Below, piece by piece: positions 1 to 13,235 of a stretch of 64,000 nucleotides of DNA (the stretch's first letter is position 1; every line of letters begins with the position of its first letter). Origin of the DNA: Squalus acanthias (Eukaryota); NCBI GenBank assembly GCA_030390025.1, contig CM059432.1, forward strand, positions 34,784,001 through 34,848,000, read 5' to 3'. The translations under genes and the position numbers were made by a program. The notes beneath the pieces are model-generated. The model was given only the letters and a program-made list of their open reading frames with translations, made no database searches and was not told where the DNA came from.

Positions 1-114
1 GAAGGATGTTCTTCCCAGTAGTGCAGGACACCACTTTGGCCAGCTGCAGGATATCACGTCTGTGACGCACGTGCTGTCCACGTACTTGCAGCATCAACAG
101 TAAGACTATGAGTC
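1..114 (-). CDS. Secreted phospholipase A2 (group I/X-like), coding exon 2, running off the window start
   Basis: Acceptor ccttttctccacag ends at 115. The phase-1 exon reads (G)LIVLLLMLQVRGQHVRHRR-DILQLAKVVSCTTGKNIL: hydrophobic signal end, RHRR proprotein-convertase site, then an sPLA2-type N-terminal helix with Gln4 and Cys11. Confidence 0.78.
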
Positions 115-149
115 CTGTGGAGAAAAGGAGAGTGAGGGTGTGAGCTGTG

Positions 150-927
150 GACAGAAATTCTTAGAATCCATAATTTGAGATAAAGTTAGTGAGCATTTTA
201 TGAAATTCATGGTTACTCGAGGACAGTTATCAAGTACTTGCTAAAGGCAAGTCATACGTGACAAAGTTAACGAGCTTTTTGAAGAAGGGATGAAGGGAAT
301 GCAGTTGATGGTGTGTGAATTTTTAGAAGATGTTTGATTAGGTGTCTCATAAAAGGCTTGTTCGAATAATTCAGGTATATGGTAGAAGAGGAAATGTAGC
401 AGCATGGATAGAAAGTTGGATCATGGACAGGAAACAGAGTTAGAGTAAATGGGTAGTGTTCAGATTGGGGAAGGGTTGGAAGTGGTGTACCCCAATGGTC
501 AGTGCTGGGTAGACTATCATTTTTGGTATGTATAGATGATTTGGACTTGGGCAAAGGGAACATAATATTAAAATTTGCCAATGACATAAAAGTAAAAGGT
601 TTTGCAAAGAGTGAGGAGGACTGTCAGAGACTTCAGGAAGACACATGGGTTCGTGGAATAGGCAAGCAGGTGGCAGATGCAATTTAATGTGGATAAGTAC
701 GAGGTAGTAGATTTTGGGAGGAAAAGCAGGAAATGAGTGCATACCCTCAATGGAAAGACACTGAAGGGTGTGGATGAACAGAGGGACCCAGGGTTCAAAT
801 ATATAATTCTCTAAAAGTGTGAATACAGGTAGATGCAGCAAGCAATTAGGAATCCAAATAGTAAGTTAGCCTTTATTACAAAAGGATTGGAGTATAAGAG
901 CAAAGAAGTCTTACTGCAATTATATTG
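150..927 (+). mobile_element. Old degenerate CR1 LINE RT fragment in the sPLA2 intron
   Basis: Broken motifs such as IDDLDLG..ILKFANDIK with many stops. Confidence 0.8.
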
Positions 928-2678
928 AATCAAAGAATCATAGAAATTTACGGCTCAGAAGGAGACCATTCGGCCCATCGTGTCTGTGCCGGCTGAAAAA
1001 GAGCTATCCAGCCTAATCCCACTTTCCAACTCTTGGTCCATAGCCTTGTAGGTTACAGCACTTAAAGTGCCTATCCAAGTACTTTTTAAATGTGACGAGG
1101 GTTTCTACCTCTACCACGCTTTCAAGCAGTGTGTTCCAGACCCCCACCACCCTTTGGGTAAAAAAGGTTCTCCTCAACTCCCCTCTAAATCTTCTACCAA
1201 TTACTTTAAATCTATGCCCCTGGTTATTGACCTCTGCTAAGGGAAATAGATCCTTCTTCTCCACTCTATCTAGGCCCATCATAATTTAATACACCTCAAT
1301 TAAGTCTCCCCTCAGCCTCCTCTGCTCCAAAGAAAATAATCCCAGCCTATCCAATCTTTCTTCATAGCTAAAATTCTCCAGTCCTGGCAACATCCTCGTA
1401 AATCTCCTCTGTACCCTCTCTAGTGCAATCACATCTTTCCTGTAATGTGGTGACCAGAACTGTACACAGTACTCTAGCTATGGCTTAACTAGTGTTTTGT
1501 ACAGTTCTAGCATAACCTCCCTGCACTTATATTCTATGCCTCAGATAATAAAGGAAAGTATCCCGTATGCCTTCTTAACTACCTCATCTACTTGTCCTGC
1601 TACCTTCAGGGATCTGTGAACACGCACTCCAAGGTCCCTCTGTTCCTCTACACTTCTCAATATCCTACCATTTATTGTGTATTCCCTTGCCTTGTCAATC
1701 CTCCCCAAATACATTACCTCATACTTCTCCGGATTGAATTCTATTTGCCACTTTTCTGCCCACCTGACCAGTCCATTGATATCTTTCTGCAGTCTACAGC
1801 TTTCTTCCTCACTATCAACCACACAGCCAATTTTTGTATCATCTGCAAACTTCTTAATCATGCCTCCTAAATTGAAGTCTAAATCATTGATATATACCAC
1901 AAAAAGCAAGGGACCTAGTACTGAGCCCTACAGAACCCTACTGGAAACAGCCTTCCAGTCACAAAAACACCTGTCGACCATTACTCTTTGCTTCCTGCCA
2001 CTGAGCCATTTTTGGATCCACTTTTGCCTTGGATCCCATGGGGCTTTTACCTTTCTGATCAGTCTGCCTTGCTAAGATCCATATAGACTACATCAAACGT
2101 GCTTAACTTATCGACCCTCCTTGTTACCTCCTCAAATAATTCAATCAAGTTAGTCAGACACGATCTTCTCTTAACAAATCCATGCAGACTGTCCTTGATT
2201 AATCCGTGCCTTTCTAAATGACGATTAATACTGTCCCTCAGAATTTTTTCCAATAATTTTCCCACCACCGAGGTTAGGCTAACTGGCCTGTAATTACTCG
2301 GTCTATCCCTTTCTCCCTTTTTAAACAACAGTACAACATTAGCAGTCCTCTAGTCATCCAGCATCACACCTGTAGCCAGAGAGGATTGGAAAATGATGGT
2401 CAGAGCCTCAGCTATTTCCTCCCTTGCTTCTCTTAACAGCCTGGGATACATTTCATCCGGGCCTGGCAATTTATCTACTTTCAAAGATGCTAAACCCCTA
2501 AATATTTCCTATCTCACTGTTTAATCTCATCTAATATTTCATACTCCTCCTCCTTAACTACAATGTCTGCATCGTCCCTCTCTTTTGTGAAGACAGACGC
2601 AAAGTATTAATTTAGAACCATGCCTACGTCTTCCACCTCCACACACAGGTTACCTTTTTGCTCTCTAATAGGCCTTCT
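928..2678 (-). mobile_element. CR1 (HER1-like) LINE, 5'-truncated
   Basis: NYRPVSLTSVVGK, YINDLD..KFADDTK and FFTQRVV motifs; (CTATGATT)-type tail at about 928-945. Confidence 0.92.
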
Positions 2679-2719
2679 GAGGAATTGTGAATTCCTGTGA
2701 AGTCTTGTAAAGGTCTTTA

Positions 2720-3429
2720 GGGGGAAAAATTGGGTTGATTTGTGCCTCTCGTTAGCGCCCCCAGGGGGCGCAAATCCCCTAGCGCCCGGGCGCGGCACCA
2801 CTAACATCTCCTGCGTAATTCAGCGGGAGGTTAGCGGCGGTGGTAGCTGGTAGCACCCCGCAGCACTGCGCAACCGCCAATGACGTCATCACCGTGCGCA
2901 GAGCCCCGGCCGCAAGCTTCCCTTGCGCCCTCTGACCTGTCGGTGGACGATATGTCCGACAGAGCCAGGGGGCGTTTCTGCAGCGGCGGCAGTGGTGCTA
3001 GTAAAAGGGGCAGGTGTCGGGTGGCCATTTTTTTTTGGTCGACTGCCAGCACCTGCCCCCTTCCCCTTTTTTCCTCGGGGTGCCGGCCGCGATCGCTCAG
3101 TCCAACATTCCTCTTGAGTGCTGGGCTGTTTTCACGGCACCCCGCTCTCCGGTGGTCTAGCAGGGCCCCGGTGCATGCAGCGCTAGGCTCCTCCCCTTTA
3201 ATCAGGGGAGGAGGCCTGCAATGACGAGGCGCTACGTGCCAAGGCGTGTGGCGCTGTTGCACGCATCGCCACGATCTTCAGTTATAGCGCCCCAAGAAGG
3301 AGGTGGAGCGCTTCCAGTAGCTTCCTGCTTGGGCCGCTACTATTGAATTTCCAGCGGAGGGGCACTAACTTTTTGGGGGGGCGACATTAGCCCCCCAAAA
3401 GGGGCGCCATCCAATTTCTCCCCCCCCCC
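2720..3429. mobile_element. GC-rich non-autonomous Harbinger element (MITE A)
   Basis: TIR GGGGGAAAAATTGG / CCAATTTCTCCCCC; repeated TAGCGCC motifs; visibly homologous to 23719-24511. Confidence 0.8.
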
Positions 3430-3563
3430 ACTAATTTCTCTGATTTTGTCAGCTTTTGTCTCACGTTTATATCACTTCCGCCATTTACCCATCTCCTGTT
3501 TTCTATTTAAACACTTTACAACAAGTCATTCTACTTTGTCTCTCTTGTGGGGGTGGGGGTGGG

Positions 3564-4115
3564 GGGGTGACTTTTGGATGACCAAACAGCAGAGCGTGCT
3601 GGCCCGTTGCCCATTCTGGGGGGCAAAGAGGTGGCTGTGATTTTGAGGTTCTGGACTCCGGCCTCGTTTACATTGGCCAGCGATCTGCACGGTGCCAAAC
3701 GGGCATCACAGGGCACCTCGCTGAATTAAGGCTGCCAATTTGGGCCACCACGGGTGGCTGCCAGGCAGGTGTGTGGGGGGTGGGGGCAAGGTTCGTGATC
3801 GCAGTGGGGGGTGGTCCCGGGTTGACAGTGGCCCAGATTATTTTTGTCAGGCACTCTTGCTCCTCCAGGCCCCACAAAAATATCAAACGTACCGTGCGTG
3901 GCTGGGCCTCTTTGGTTCAATTACCCTGCATGGTGCATGTTCCAAACAATGATGGCATTCAGGGTCCCCTGACCCTGACCAGGACCCTATTTGTATATTA
4001 AAAGGGACTTAGAACCTGAAACAGGCGGCCTTTCAAATATAGCCGGTCGCATTGCCAGTGTAGGCTACTGACCCCCATACTGAAACCTAAGGCAAAACAA
4101 GTTAAAGTCCACCCC
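3564..4115. mobile_element. Probable older GC-rich MITE
   Basis: Imperfect TIR GGGGTGACTTTT / AAAGTCCACCCC bounding a GC-rich block. Confidence 0.4.
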
Positions 4116-4184
4116 TGTGTGTGCTATTTCCCCTCCTTCTTCCCCTTGTTCGATTCCTTTTTAAATACTGTCCATCTGTAATAT

Positions 4185-4290
4185 CTTTCAGTTCTGTCGA
4201 AGGGCCCACAGCTGAAACGTTAACTCGTTCCTTCTCTCCACAGATACTGACCGGCCTGCTGTGTATTTCCAGCAGTTCCTGCTTTAGCTT
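4185..4290 (+). mobile_element. Penelope-type short element with a degenerate hammerhead
   Basis: GTT-CTGTCGA..GAAACGTT-AAC followed by the same downstream sequence as the copies at 40612 and 61050. Confidence 0.6.
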
Positions 4291-4320
4291 GAAATCGCTA
4301 TTGGTTTTTACTCATGGAGG

Positions 4321-4765
4321 AACAACAACAACAGCTTGTATTTATATAGCGCCTTTAACGTAGTAAAACGTCTCAAGGCGCTTCACAGGAGCGTTATAAA
4401 ACAAAATTTGGCACCGAGCCACACCAGGAGATATTAGGTCAGATGAGGTAGGTTTAAAGGAGCGTCCTAAAGGAGGAAAGAGAGGTAGAGAGATGGAGAG
4501 ATTTAGGGAGGGAATTCCAGAGCTCAGGGCCTTGGCAGCTGAAGGCACGGCCACCACTGGTGGAGTGATTAAAATCGGGGATGCTCAAGAGGCCAGAATT
4601 AGAGGAGTGCAGATATCTTGGGGGGTTGTGGGGCTGGAGGAGGTCAAAGAGATAGGGAGGAGCGAGGCCATGGAGGGATTTGAAAACAAGGATGAGAATT
4701 TTGAAATCGAGGCGTTGCTTAACCAGCAGCCAGTGTAGGTCAGCGCACACAGGGGTGATGGGATC
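4321..4765 (-). mobile_element. L2 LINE 3' fragment
   Basis: LHWLLVKQRLDFKILILVFKSLHGLAPPYL..LWNSLP; (TTG)n tail. Confidence 0.85.
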
Positions 4766-5215
4766 TAAACTGAAATGGGATATAAATTTGACTTTGGCGG
4801 TGGCGCAGTACGGTCAACAGCGAATCGACAGCCTGTTCTGCAGTCTGCCTGATTTTCTTTTTCATTGACATCAAACGAGCTGCCTATTCGCTGACTCCCG
4901 TTTTGCACCATCGCCCGAGTCAAACGTATACCCCAATGTGTTTGTGTCACATTTCCCCGTCCACTATCTTAATGGAGGATTCGGACCGAAGAAGGTTGTA
5001 CAAATGTGCTAGTCGTTAATCGGCTATTTGCACCAGGCTGTATAATTGGGATTGTTATCACCGAGCTTTGTGCTTTCTCTAAATAGCACATTTCGAATGC
5101 TGAAATTAATTTTGATTTAATTTAATAACTTCCTGCCTCTCTGAAATTAGCCCTGTATTATTCAGAAAGAACATTCAAAAAAGAAAAATATAAAAGTAAA
5201 ATGCCTTGCACTCAC

Positions 5216-5255
5216 CAGTACAAATCCGCAGGATAGTCCCACGTTTAGCTGGCAT
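5216..5255 (-). CDS. Secreted phospholipase A2, coding exon 1 (start of signal peptide)
   Basis: ATG at 5255; 40 nt encode MPAKRGTILRICT plus G, followed by a GTGAGT donor. The phase-1 end joins the exon at 114 in frame (G|GA = Gly) to give a continuous signal peptide. Confidence 0.7.
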
Positions 5256-5352
5256 ATTTGAAAACTCTCCGTTGCTGGCTGCAAACTGCCTTTTCCCTTC
5301 AAACCTCAGTGGGCTCTGTCTGCTTTCTTTTGAGGTTTTAATCTTGCCTTTT

Positions 5353-5372
5353 TTTGCTATAATTATAGCAAA
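5353..5372 (-). promoter_or_regulatory. Putative TATA-like element inside a perfect 20-bp palindrome upstream of the sPLA2 ATG
   Basis: TTTGCTATAATTATAGCAAA is self-complementary and lies about 100 bp upstream of the ATG at 5255. Confidence 0.3.
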
Positions 5373-5919
5373 TTGGATGCAACATTTACTCACCCCGCCA
5401 CTCCCCTGAAGCACTGATTTACTTTCTAGGAGAACGCACATTGTGCCATGTGAGCCTGAATCTTTCTCTCACTGCCCCGAGCAACAAGGGAAACGAATGG
5501 AAAAATACAACTTTAAATACACAGGAGGTGTGGGGTCTATCCCCTGACATAGGGGTCCCCTCACCAACTGCCAGTGGTGGGCTTCAGACAGTGGCGGAGC
5601 GGAGACTGACCACGTTCTCATTGAAATATTGTTTCCGCAAATTCATGACTTGTTCCCATGAGCTAACAACAACAATAACAACAACTTGTATTTATATAGA
5701 CTCTTTAAATTAGAAAAAACATCCCAAGGGTTTCACAGAAGCATAATCAAAATATGAGATACACACTAGTTACGGATGGGAGTGAATGGTTACCTGTTAA
5801 GCGTGTACTGAACAAATGCAGGAGCTGAAGCAGAGATGCACAGGTGCCAGACGGGAGGGAATCACAGCCTTTAATATCACCGTTTAATGGACACCATCAC
5901 CTGACCTAACACCTCGCTT

Positions 5920-6895
5920 CATAAGAGCATAAATAGTAGCAGGAGTAGGCCATTTGGCCCCTCGAGCCTGCTCCGCCATTTAATGAGATCATGGCTGATC
6001 TGATCTTGGGCTCAGCTCCATTTCCCTGCCCGCTCCCCATAACCCTTCACTCCCTTGTTCAAAAATCTGTCTATCCCCACCTTAAATATATTTAATGACC
6101 CAGTCTCCACAGCTCTCTGGGGCAGAGAATTCCACAGATTCACGACCCTGTGAGAGAAGAAATTCCTCCTAATCTCAGTTTTAAATGGGTGACCCCTTAT
6201 TCTGAAACTATGCCCCCTAGTTCTAGATTCCCCCATGAGGGGAAACATCTTCTCTGCATCTACCTTGTCGAGCCCCCTCAGTATCTTATATGTTTCAATA
6301 AGATCACCTCTCATTCTTCTAAACTCCAATGAGTATAGGCCCAACCTGCTCAACCTTTCTTCATAAGTCAACCCCTTCATCTCAGGAATCAACTTCGTGA
6401 ACCTTCTCTGAACTGCCTCCAATGCAAGTATATCCTTCCTTAAATAAGGAGACCAAAACTGTACGCAGTACTCCAGGTGTGGTCTCACCAATACCCTGAA
6501 CAGTTGTAGCAGGACTTCCCTGCTTTTATACTCCAACCCCCTTGCAATAAAGGCCAACATTCCATTTGCCTTCCTGATGACTTGCTGTACCTGCATGCTA
6601 ACTTTTTGTGTTTCATGCACAAGGACCCCCAGGTCCCTCTGAACTGTAGCATTTTGTAATCTCTCTCCATTTAAATAATAATTTGCTTTTTTATTTTTCT
6701 TACCAAAGTTGATAACCTCACACTTTCCCGCATTATACTCCATCTGCTAAATGTTTGCCCACCCACTTAGCCTGTCTATATCCCTTTGCAGATTCTTTGT
6801 GTCCTCTTCACAACTTGCTTTCCCACCTATCTTTGTATCATCAGCAAATTTGGCTACAGTACACGTGGTCCCTTCATCCAAGTCATTAATATAGT
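5920..6895 (-). mobile_element. CR1 LINE 3' fragment
   Basis: ORF 6012-6743 with [15 protein letters not shown] and the CR1 3' UTR. Confidence 0.92.
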
Positions 6896-7599
6896 TGTTA
6901 ACCACATGGAAAGTTTCAGGGCCCTTCTGTACAGAGGAAAGAAAGCAATTTTTTCAAAGAAATACCTGGTATTCATTGGCTCACCAAATATGCAGGTTGC
7001 AGGAGTAGAAGGTAGTGAATTGCTCCCTCTTGTTGTCAAGGATTTTTGAAGACTTCTCATTAGCATGCATTTGAAACAGCACTGCCAGGTTAAGTCTGAA
7101 TCGGACATGGGCAGATTGGGTTTCACTGGCTGGGTTTAAAGATCTCCGTCAGATCTGACTAAGTCACTAGTCAGAGAAGAGCAGGAAGTTCTCCCATTGT
7201 CCTGGTCAACATTCTTAAGAACATAAGAAATTCCTCTTCCTTTCATCAACACCACCAAAACTAGATTAACTAGTCATTCAACCTATTGCTATTTGTGGGT
7301 TCTTGCTGTGTGCATAATGAAATGTTCCCACATAACAATAGTGATTACACTTCAAGGGAATTCATTGTATGTAAAGCGCTATGGGATTTATCTGAGAGAT
7401 GTGATAAGGTCCTACATAAATGTAAGAAAACAAGGTCTGTTTTAACCCTCGGACTACCAACTAGTCTGGAAAAACTCTTGCTACAATGGGTCTGTCAGTC
7501 TTCTTTGGAGCTTATATCCCTGCATACTGAATCAAACTTCAAATTAAGATTTGAAGAAATTAAATATTGAGAAATAGCAAAGTAGGAAGTGCTCCTCTT

Positions 7600-7935
7600 T
7601 ATTATTCATTCTCGGGATGTGGGTGTCGCTGGCAAGGCTGTCATTTATTGCCCATCCCTAGTTGCCCTGAACTGAGTGGCTTGCTAGGCAACTTCAGAGG
7701 GCAGTTCAGTCAACTACACTGGTGTGGGACTGAAGTTACATAAGGGGCAGGCTGTGTAAAGACAGCAAGTTTCCTTCCCAGAGGACATTAGTGAACCTGT
7801 TGGGTTTTTACAATAATCCGATAGCTTCATGGTCACTTTTACTAATACCAGTTTGTTATTTCTAGATTTTTTTGAAACTGAATTCAAATCCTCAAACTGC
7901 CGTGGTGGGACTCGAACTCACTTCCTCTGGATTAT
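7600..7935 (-). mobile_element. tRNA-derived SINE with CCACATCCCGAGAATGAATA-type tail
   Basis: Same family at 34720-35090(-), 36200-36440(+), 46065-47015(+), 47700-48060(+) and 56680-56880(+). Confidence 0.7.
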
Positions 7936-10079
7936 TACATTACCTGATCTAATTGTTTTCTCAGAGGAATCAATGTTAGGTTCAATGAGCCCAGTTGGTA
8001 AATTTTTGGAAGAGTTCCATCCTCAACAGGTGCACCTTTGAAAATGTTAAAGTAATGTGCACTCAAATGTCTTTTTTAAAAATGGAGAATTCCCATTGTG
8101 CAGGATCCCACCAAGGGTTGAAAAAGTGGGAAAGAAAGAAAGAACAGGAAGCCTTGCAATTATATCGTGCCTTATGACAGCTGTCAGAAACATCTCAAAA
8201 CACTTCACACAAATTACTTTGAAGTGAAGTAGGCACATGGGGAAGCCAATTTCCACATAACAAGATCCCACAAATATCAACAAAATGAATGACTAATTCA
8301 GCTGTTCTTGGTGGTGTTGGTTGAAAATCACAGGGTAGAGCAGCAGAGAGACTTAAGGGTTAAGATACACAAATCTATAAAAGTGGGAGGACAATTTGAG
8401 AAAACTGTAAAAGTTATGTGGCATCCTAGCTTTTATAAACAGAAGGCATAGATTCAAAAACACACAGGTAATGATAAATAAATCATTGGTTAGGCCACAG
8501 TCAGAACATGGTGTGCAATTTTGAGCTCCTTACTTTAGGAAGGACGTCAAGGCCATGGAGAGGATGCAGAAGGGATTTACTAAGATAATCCCAGAATGAA
8601 AGAAAGAACTTGCATTTATATAATGCCTTTCATGACCTCAGGCTGTCCAAAAGCACTTTAAAACCAATTAAATACTTTTTGAAGTGCACTGTTGTAATGC
8701 AGGGATACATGGCAGCCAGTTTGCACACAGCATAGCTATTTCAGAGAACCAACACAATGGCCTCTTTCTGTGCTGTTAAAATTTGAGGGAGGAAAATTGG
8801 CCAGGACTCCTGGAGAACTGACTGCTCTTCTTCAAATATTGCAAAGGGATCTTTAATAACGTGACTGTCTCACTGGTAAATTAATCAGACACGTCACATA
8901 ATCTCCTGGGGTCTCCATTCCATTAACAACACTCACTCGAACAGGTAAATGGGATTTTGCCCGGTTGACAGCAGCTGACAATTTAGAGAGGCCTGACATT
9001 TCATTATATTTTCACGCTTTCTCTCTGTGTTAAAGAACAAGTGACGTGGCTTATTCTTCATCCTTGTATCAACAAAATATGAAACAAAGAAAAAAGAATG
9101 AGGTTAAGAAGGAAAGAAAATAAGAGGGAAAGCGAAAAAAGGAAAGAAAGGAAATAATGAAAGAAAGGGGGGCACAGAACTGAGCATAATACTCCAATTA
9201 TGGCCTAACCAATGTCTTGTACAAATTCAATATCACTTCCTTGCTTTCATCTTCAATACCACCTGTGTATGAAATCCATAATCCCATTTCCTTTTATGAC
9301 CTTTGCTCCCTGCACTCCCGCTGTTAAAGATCAATGTATCTGCACCCTCGATCTCGTCGTGCTTTTGTTGTACATAGCTTCTTTTCACCCCTCATCCCTT
9401 TCAAGACTGAGATTGATAAAATTTTGTTGGGTATGGGTATCAAGGGATATGGAGCAATGACTAGTAAATGGAGTTAATCTAGTTGAATGGCGAAACAGAC
9501 TCGAGGGGCTGGATGGCGTATGCTCTGCTTTTTCACAGACTTGGGGGTGGGGTGAGTTTCCACAGACATTCTCCCGCTCGTCCTCCATAACTTCGATGGA
9601 AGAGCCACAGAATTCTTGGAAAAAAATGTAAACATTTCTGTCATTATTCTGGGGGCTTTGCAAAATCTTCCGACAAAGTTATGGCAATCGGAAGAATCCT
9701 GGTTAAAATTTAATCCCATTACTACTTCCTTTCACTGTCCTTTTCCTCAGTACTTTCATGTTTCTCTGCATTGAACAGAATCTGGAACCTATCTGCCCAC
9801 TCCATTAGCCTGTCTCAGTCCTCTGAAACTCCTGCACACAGGTTACCAAGTCCCCTAATTTGATATAATCAGTATCGGTCCACTTATACCAATGTTAAAA
9901 TCATTTATACAAATGGAAAGCAAAAGAGGTCCCAGCACCAATTCCTGGACCACCATTGTCCACATCCAACCAATCTATAAACCATCCATTGAGCCCTACT
10001 CTTTTCCATCTGACCCCTAGCCATTCCTCTATCCATGTTGTTACAATCACTTTAATATCATTTGCAATGAGTCTCTTAA

Positions 10080-10530
10080 CTGGAAGCTCGACACCATCCA
10101 GGACAAAGCAGTCCGCTTGATCGGCATCTCATGCCACTAGTCCAAACATCTACCCCCTCCGCCACCAGCGTAAGCTGCCTGCAGTGTGTACTATCTACAA
10201 GATGCACTGCAGCAAGTTGCCAAGGCTCATTCGACAGCACTTCCCAAACCCGCAACCTCCACCACCTAGAAGAACAAAGGCAATAGGTGCTTGGAAACAC
10301 TTATCACCTCCAAGTACCCCTCCAAGTCACACAGCATCGTGACTTGGACATATATCGCCATTCTTTCATCATCACTGGGTCAAAATTCTGGAAATCCATA
10401 CCTAACATCATTGTGGGAGCATCTTCAACACACAGACTGCAGTGATTCAAGAAAAAGGCTCACCATCACATTCTCAAGGGCAACTAATGTCGGCTTTGCC
10501 AGTGACGTCCACATCCCGAGAATGAATAAA
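10080..10530 (+). mobile_element. 3' fragment of a LINE (CR1/L2 group) that shares its tail with the SINE above
   Basis: Degenerate QDKAVRLIG..CTIYKMHCSKLPRLIRQH, then the GCCAGTGACGTCCACATCCCGAGAATGAATAA tail; a minus copy lies at about 26945-27165. Confidence 0.65.
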
Positions 10531-12099
10531 AATTTCACCAAAAATTGTAAAATTATGATTTTCCATCCACGAGTGAATGGCGAATGAGGTTTCTTCCCCC
10601 TGCCCTGGGGCCTGGACAATGAACTCTTCATAAGGTGGACTGCTAGCATGTCAAACTTTTTGAGTTAATTTTTTTCTGGGGAGAACCACAGGGCACCGTT
10701 GAGGCCTGAAGCCATCTAACTCATTAGAAGCCCATGTTATAAGGAGAGCACTGCACATTGCGGGGGGGGGGGGGAGTACATTTGATCGACTGTGACCCCA
10801 TGATCATCGGCGGATATTGAGAAGCACTGAGGACCTTGCCAAATTGTTTATCTCTTGAAGTACCACTTTTGCTTAAAAATAGGATTGGTATATTTTAACC
10901 CACCATTTACTGAGAAAGATCTGCTGTGGTTTGGGTTCTGTGCCAATTGTTGAGGGAGGAGGGAGGAAGGGATGATTAAATTGCAGGTTGGCTAAACTTC
11001 TATATTTGAACTATGTTTTATTTTTCAGATCCAATACATAGAAGGCATCTAGCGATTTTTGAATTATACTATCTTCTATTTATTATATTTTTTCTCCTTG
11101 AGTGACTGTGTAAGTGAGAAAGATTCACTACATTTAGGAGCACAGTAATGCCGCATGGATAATAATTTCTATGAATATAAATGGTTTGGACTGAATGAAG
11201 ATCATCTTCATCTCCTCAAGTATGAGATCAGAAACTGTGGTCTGTCATAAACAGTATAGAGTTCCATCAGCAGTAGCGAGAGTAAAGGTTAATTGAATAG
11301 ATCCTTGCGGTTTATTGAGGTGCTGAAGGATTAATTTAATTCCTTGATTTTTGGCTTGATTCTCATCTCCCATTTCTTTGCTTTGAGGTAAAGCTCCAAG
11401 ATGTCTGAAATGAAGCAAATATTACACGACAGCAGAAGAGATTGGTATTCTTTGGTAATCCTAATTGCCTAGACATTATCCTCTTTCTAAGCTGCCTCAG
11501 CCTGTTTGTTTGGAGGCGTTAAAAAGAATCAGGTCCAAGCCCTGGGACACCAATTCCAGAAGTTCACCACAAACCAGCAAAGCTGCAGTGATTAAACTTG
11601 GTAAGGGATCATTTCTGACACAGCCCAAGAAATCAGCACCTTTCCTGGCAGTACTGCGTTTAATCATACACCGGGCATCTGCTCGCTTGGGATAACTTTC
11701 CAAGTTTGTCCATGATTTCTCGAAAGGAATGCTAATTAGATGTCAAACCACGGGCCCCGTTTGCCTGTTCGGGTAGACGTTAAAGATTCCACGATACTTT
11801 TTTCAAACAGGAATCTTGGTGACCTGGCCAGTATTCCTCTTTAAACCAAAACCATCGGATTAACTAATCATTCATCTCATTTGCTGTTTGTGGGACCTTG
11901 CCATGCACAAAACTGCTGCCACAATTATCTACAAAACAACAGTGACTAGACTCAAAAGTCATGAGAATTGCTTTCTCATGCTAAGGTGCTATATAAATGC
12001 AAATCTGACAGCGTAAAAATGGCCCCATTTTTTTTAAAGGTTTGCATTTCAGTCTAAAATTAGGCAAGTTCTTTCTTTTCTTTATTTTAAATATAATCC

Positions 12100-13235
12100 C
12101 TCCTTCACTGACCTGGATTCTGTCCTGTATTAAATCCCACTCCCTTATCATACCTGTCTTCATCAACCTCTATCAGCTACTCATTCCTCAACTAATTGAA
12201 TTCAAAATCCTTATCTTCATTTACAGATCCCTCCGCAGCTGCCTCCAGCCCTACACTCCCATCTCACTTCCCATCTGCTCTGCTGAATCTATCTTCCTCC
12301 CTTTTGTTCCACATTGGTGACAGAGCATTCTCAGCCCCACAACAGCAATATCAACCACAACTTACATTTATATAGCGCCTTTAATGCAGAAAGACGTCCC
12401 AAGGTGCTTCACGGAGGCGTAAATCAAAAAAAAAATCAATGCCAAGCCAAAGAAGAAGATTGGAGGAAGGGTGATTAAAAGTGTGGTCAAAGGGGTGTGT
12501 TTTAAGAAGGGTCTTTTAGAAGGAGTGAAAGGTGGAGAGTTTGGAGGGGAATTTCAACATGTGGAGCCGAGATGGCTGAAGGCACAGCTGCCAGTGATGG
12601 GGCGAAGGGAGGGAAGATGCATAAGAGGCCAGAGTTGGAGGAACAGAGAGTTCTAGAGAGGTAGTAGGGTTAGAGGAGGTTACAGAGATAGGGAGGGGTA
12701 AGATCGTGAGGGGATTTAAGCACGATGATGAGAATTTTAAATAGGAGACATTGGGGGGCTGAAAGTCAATGTAAGTCAGCAAGGACAGGGGTTGATGCAG
12801 GCTGCAGAGTTCCACTTTCTGGATGCCTCTCCCTAATCCCTTCTGCCTTGCTACTTCTCTCACCTCCTTCTTGACATCAATAACATCAACTTCATTTATA
12901 TAGCACCTTTAACTTAGTAAAACATTCCAAGCCGCTTCAGAGGAGCGTATTAGGAGAGGTGATTAAAAGCTTGATCAAAGAAGTAGGTTTCATGGAGGGT
13001 CTTAAAGAAAGAGAGAGGGGCAGTGGGTTTAGGGAGGGAATTCCAGAGCTTAGGGCCTAGACGGCTGAAGTCACAGCCGCCAATGGTGGGGCAAAGGGAA
13101 CAGGTAATGCATAAGAGGCCAGTGTTGGAGGAACACAGACTTCTTGGAGGGTTGTAGGGCTAGAGGAGGTTAGAGAGGTAGAAATAGTTGAGGCAATGAA
13201 GTGATTTGAACATGAAGTTGATGATTTTAAATTGG
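12100..13235. mobile_element. Cluster of L2 3' fragments (12100-12330 +; 12350-12800 -; 12880-13235 -)
   Basis: Similar to the L2 at 4321-4765, with CAA/TTG tails. Confidence 0.7.

Noticed and set aside
2831..3262. GC-rich ORFs here and at 23986-24415 and 30393-30777 as protein genes
   Set aside because: They lie inside MITEs, are stop-poor because of GC content, and show no recognisable domain.
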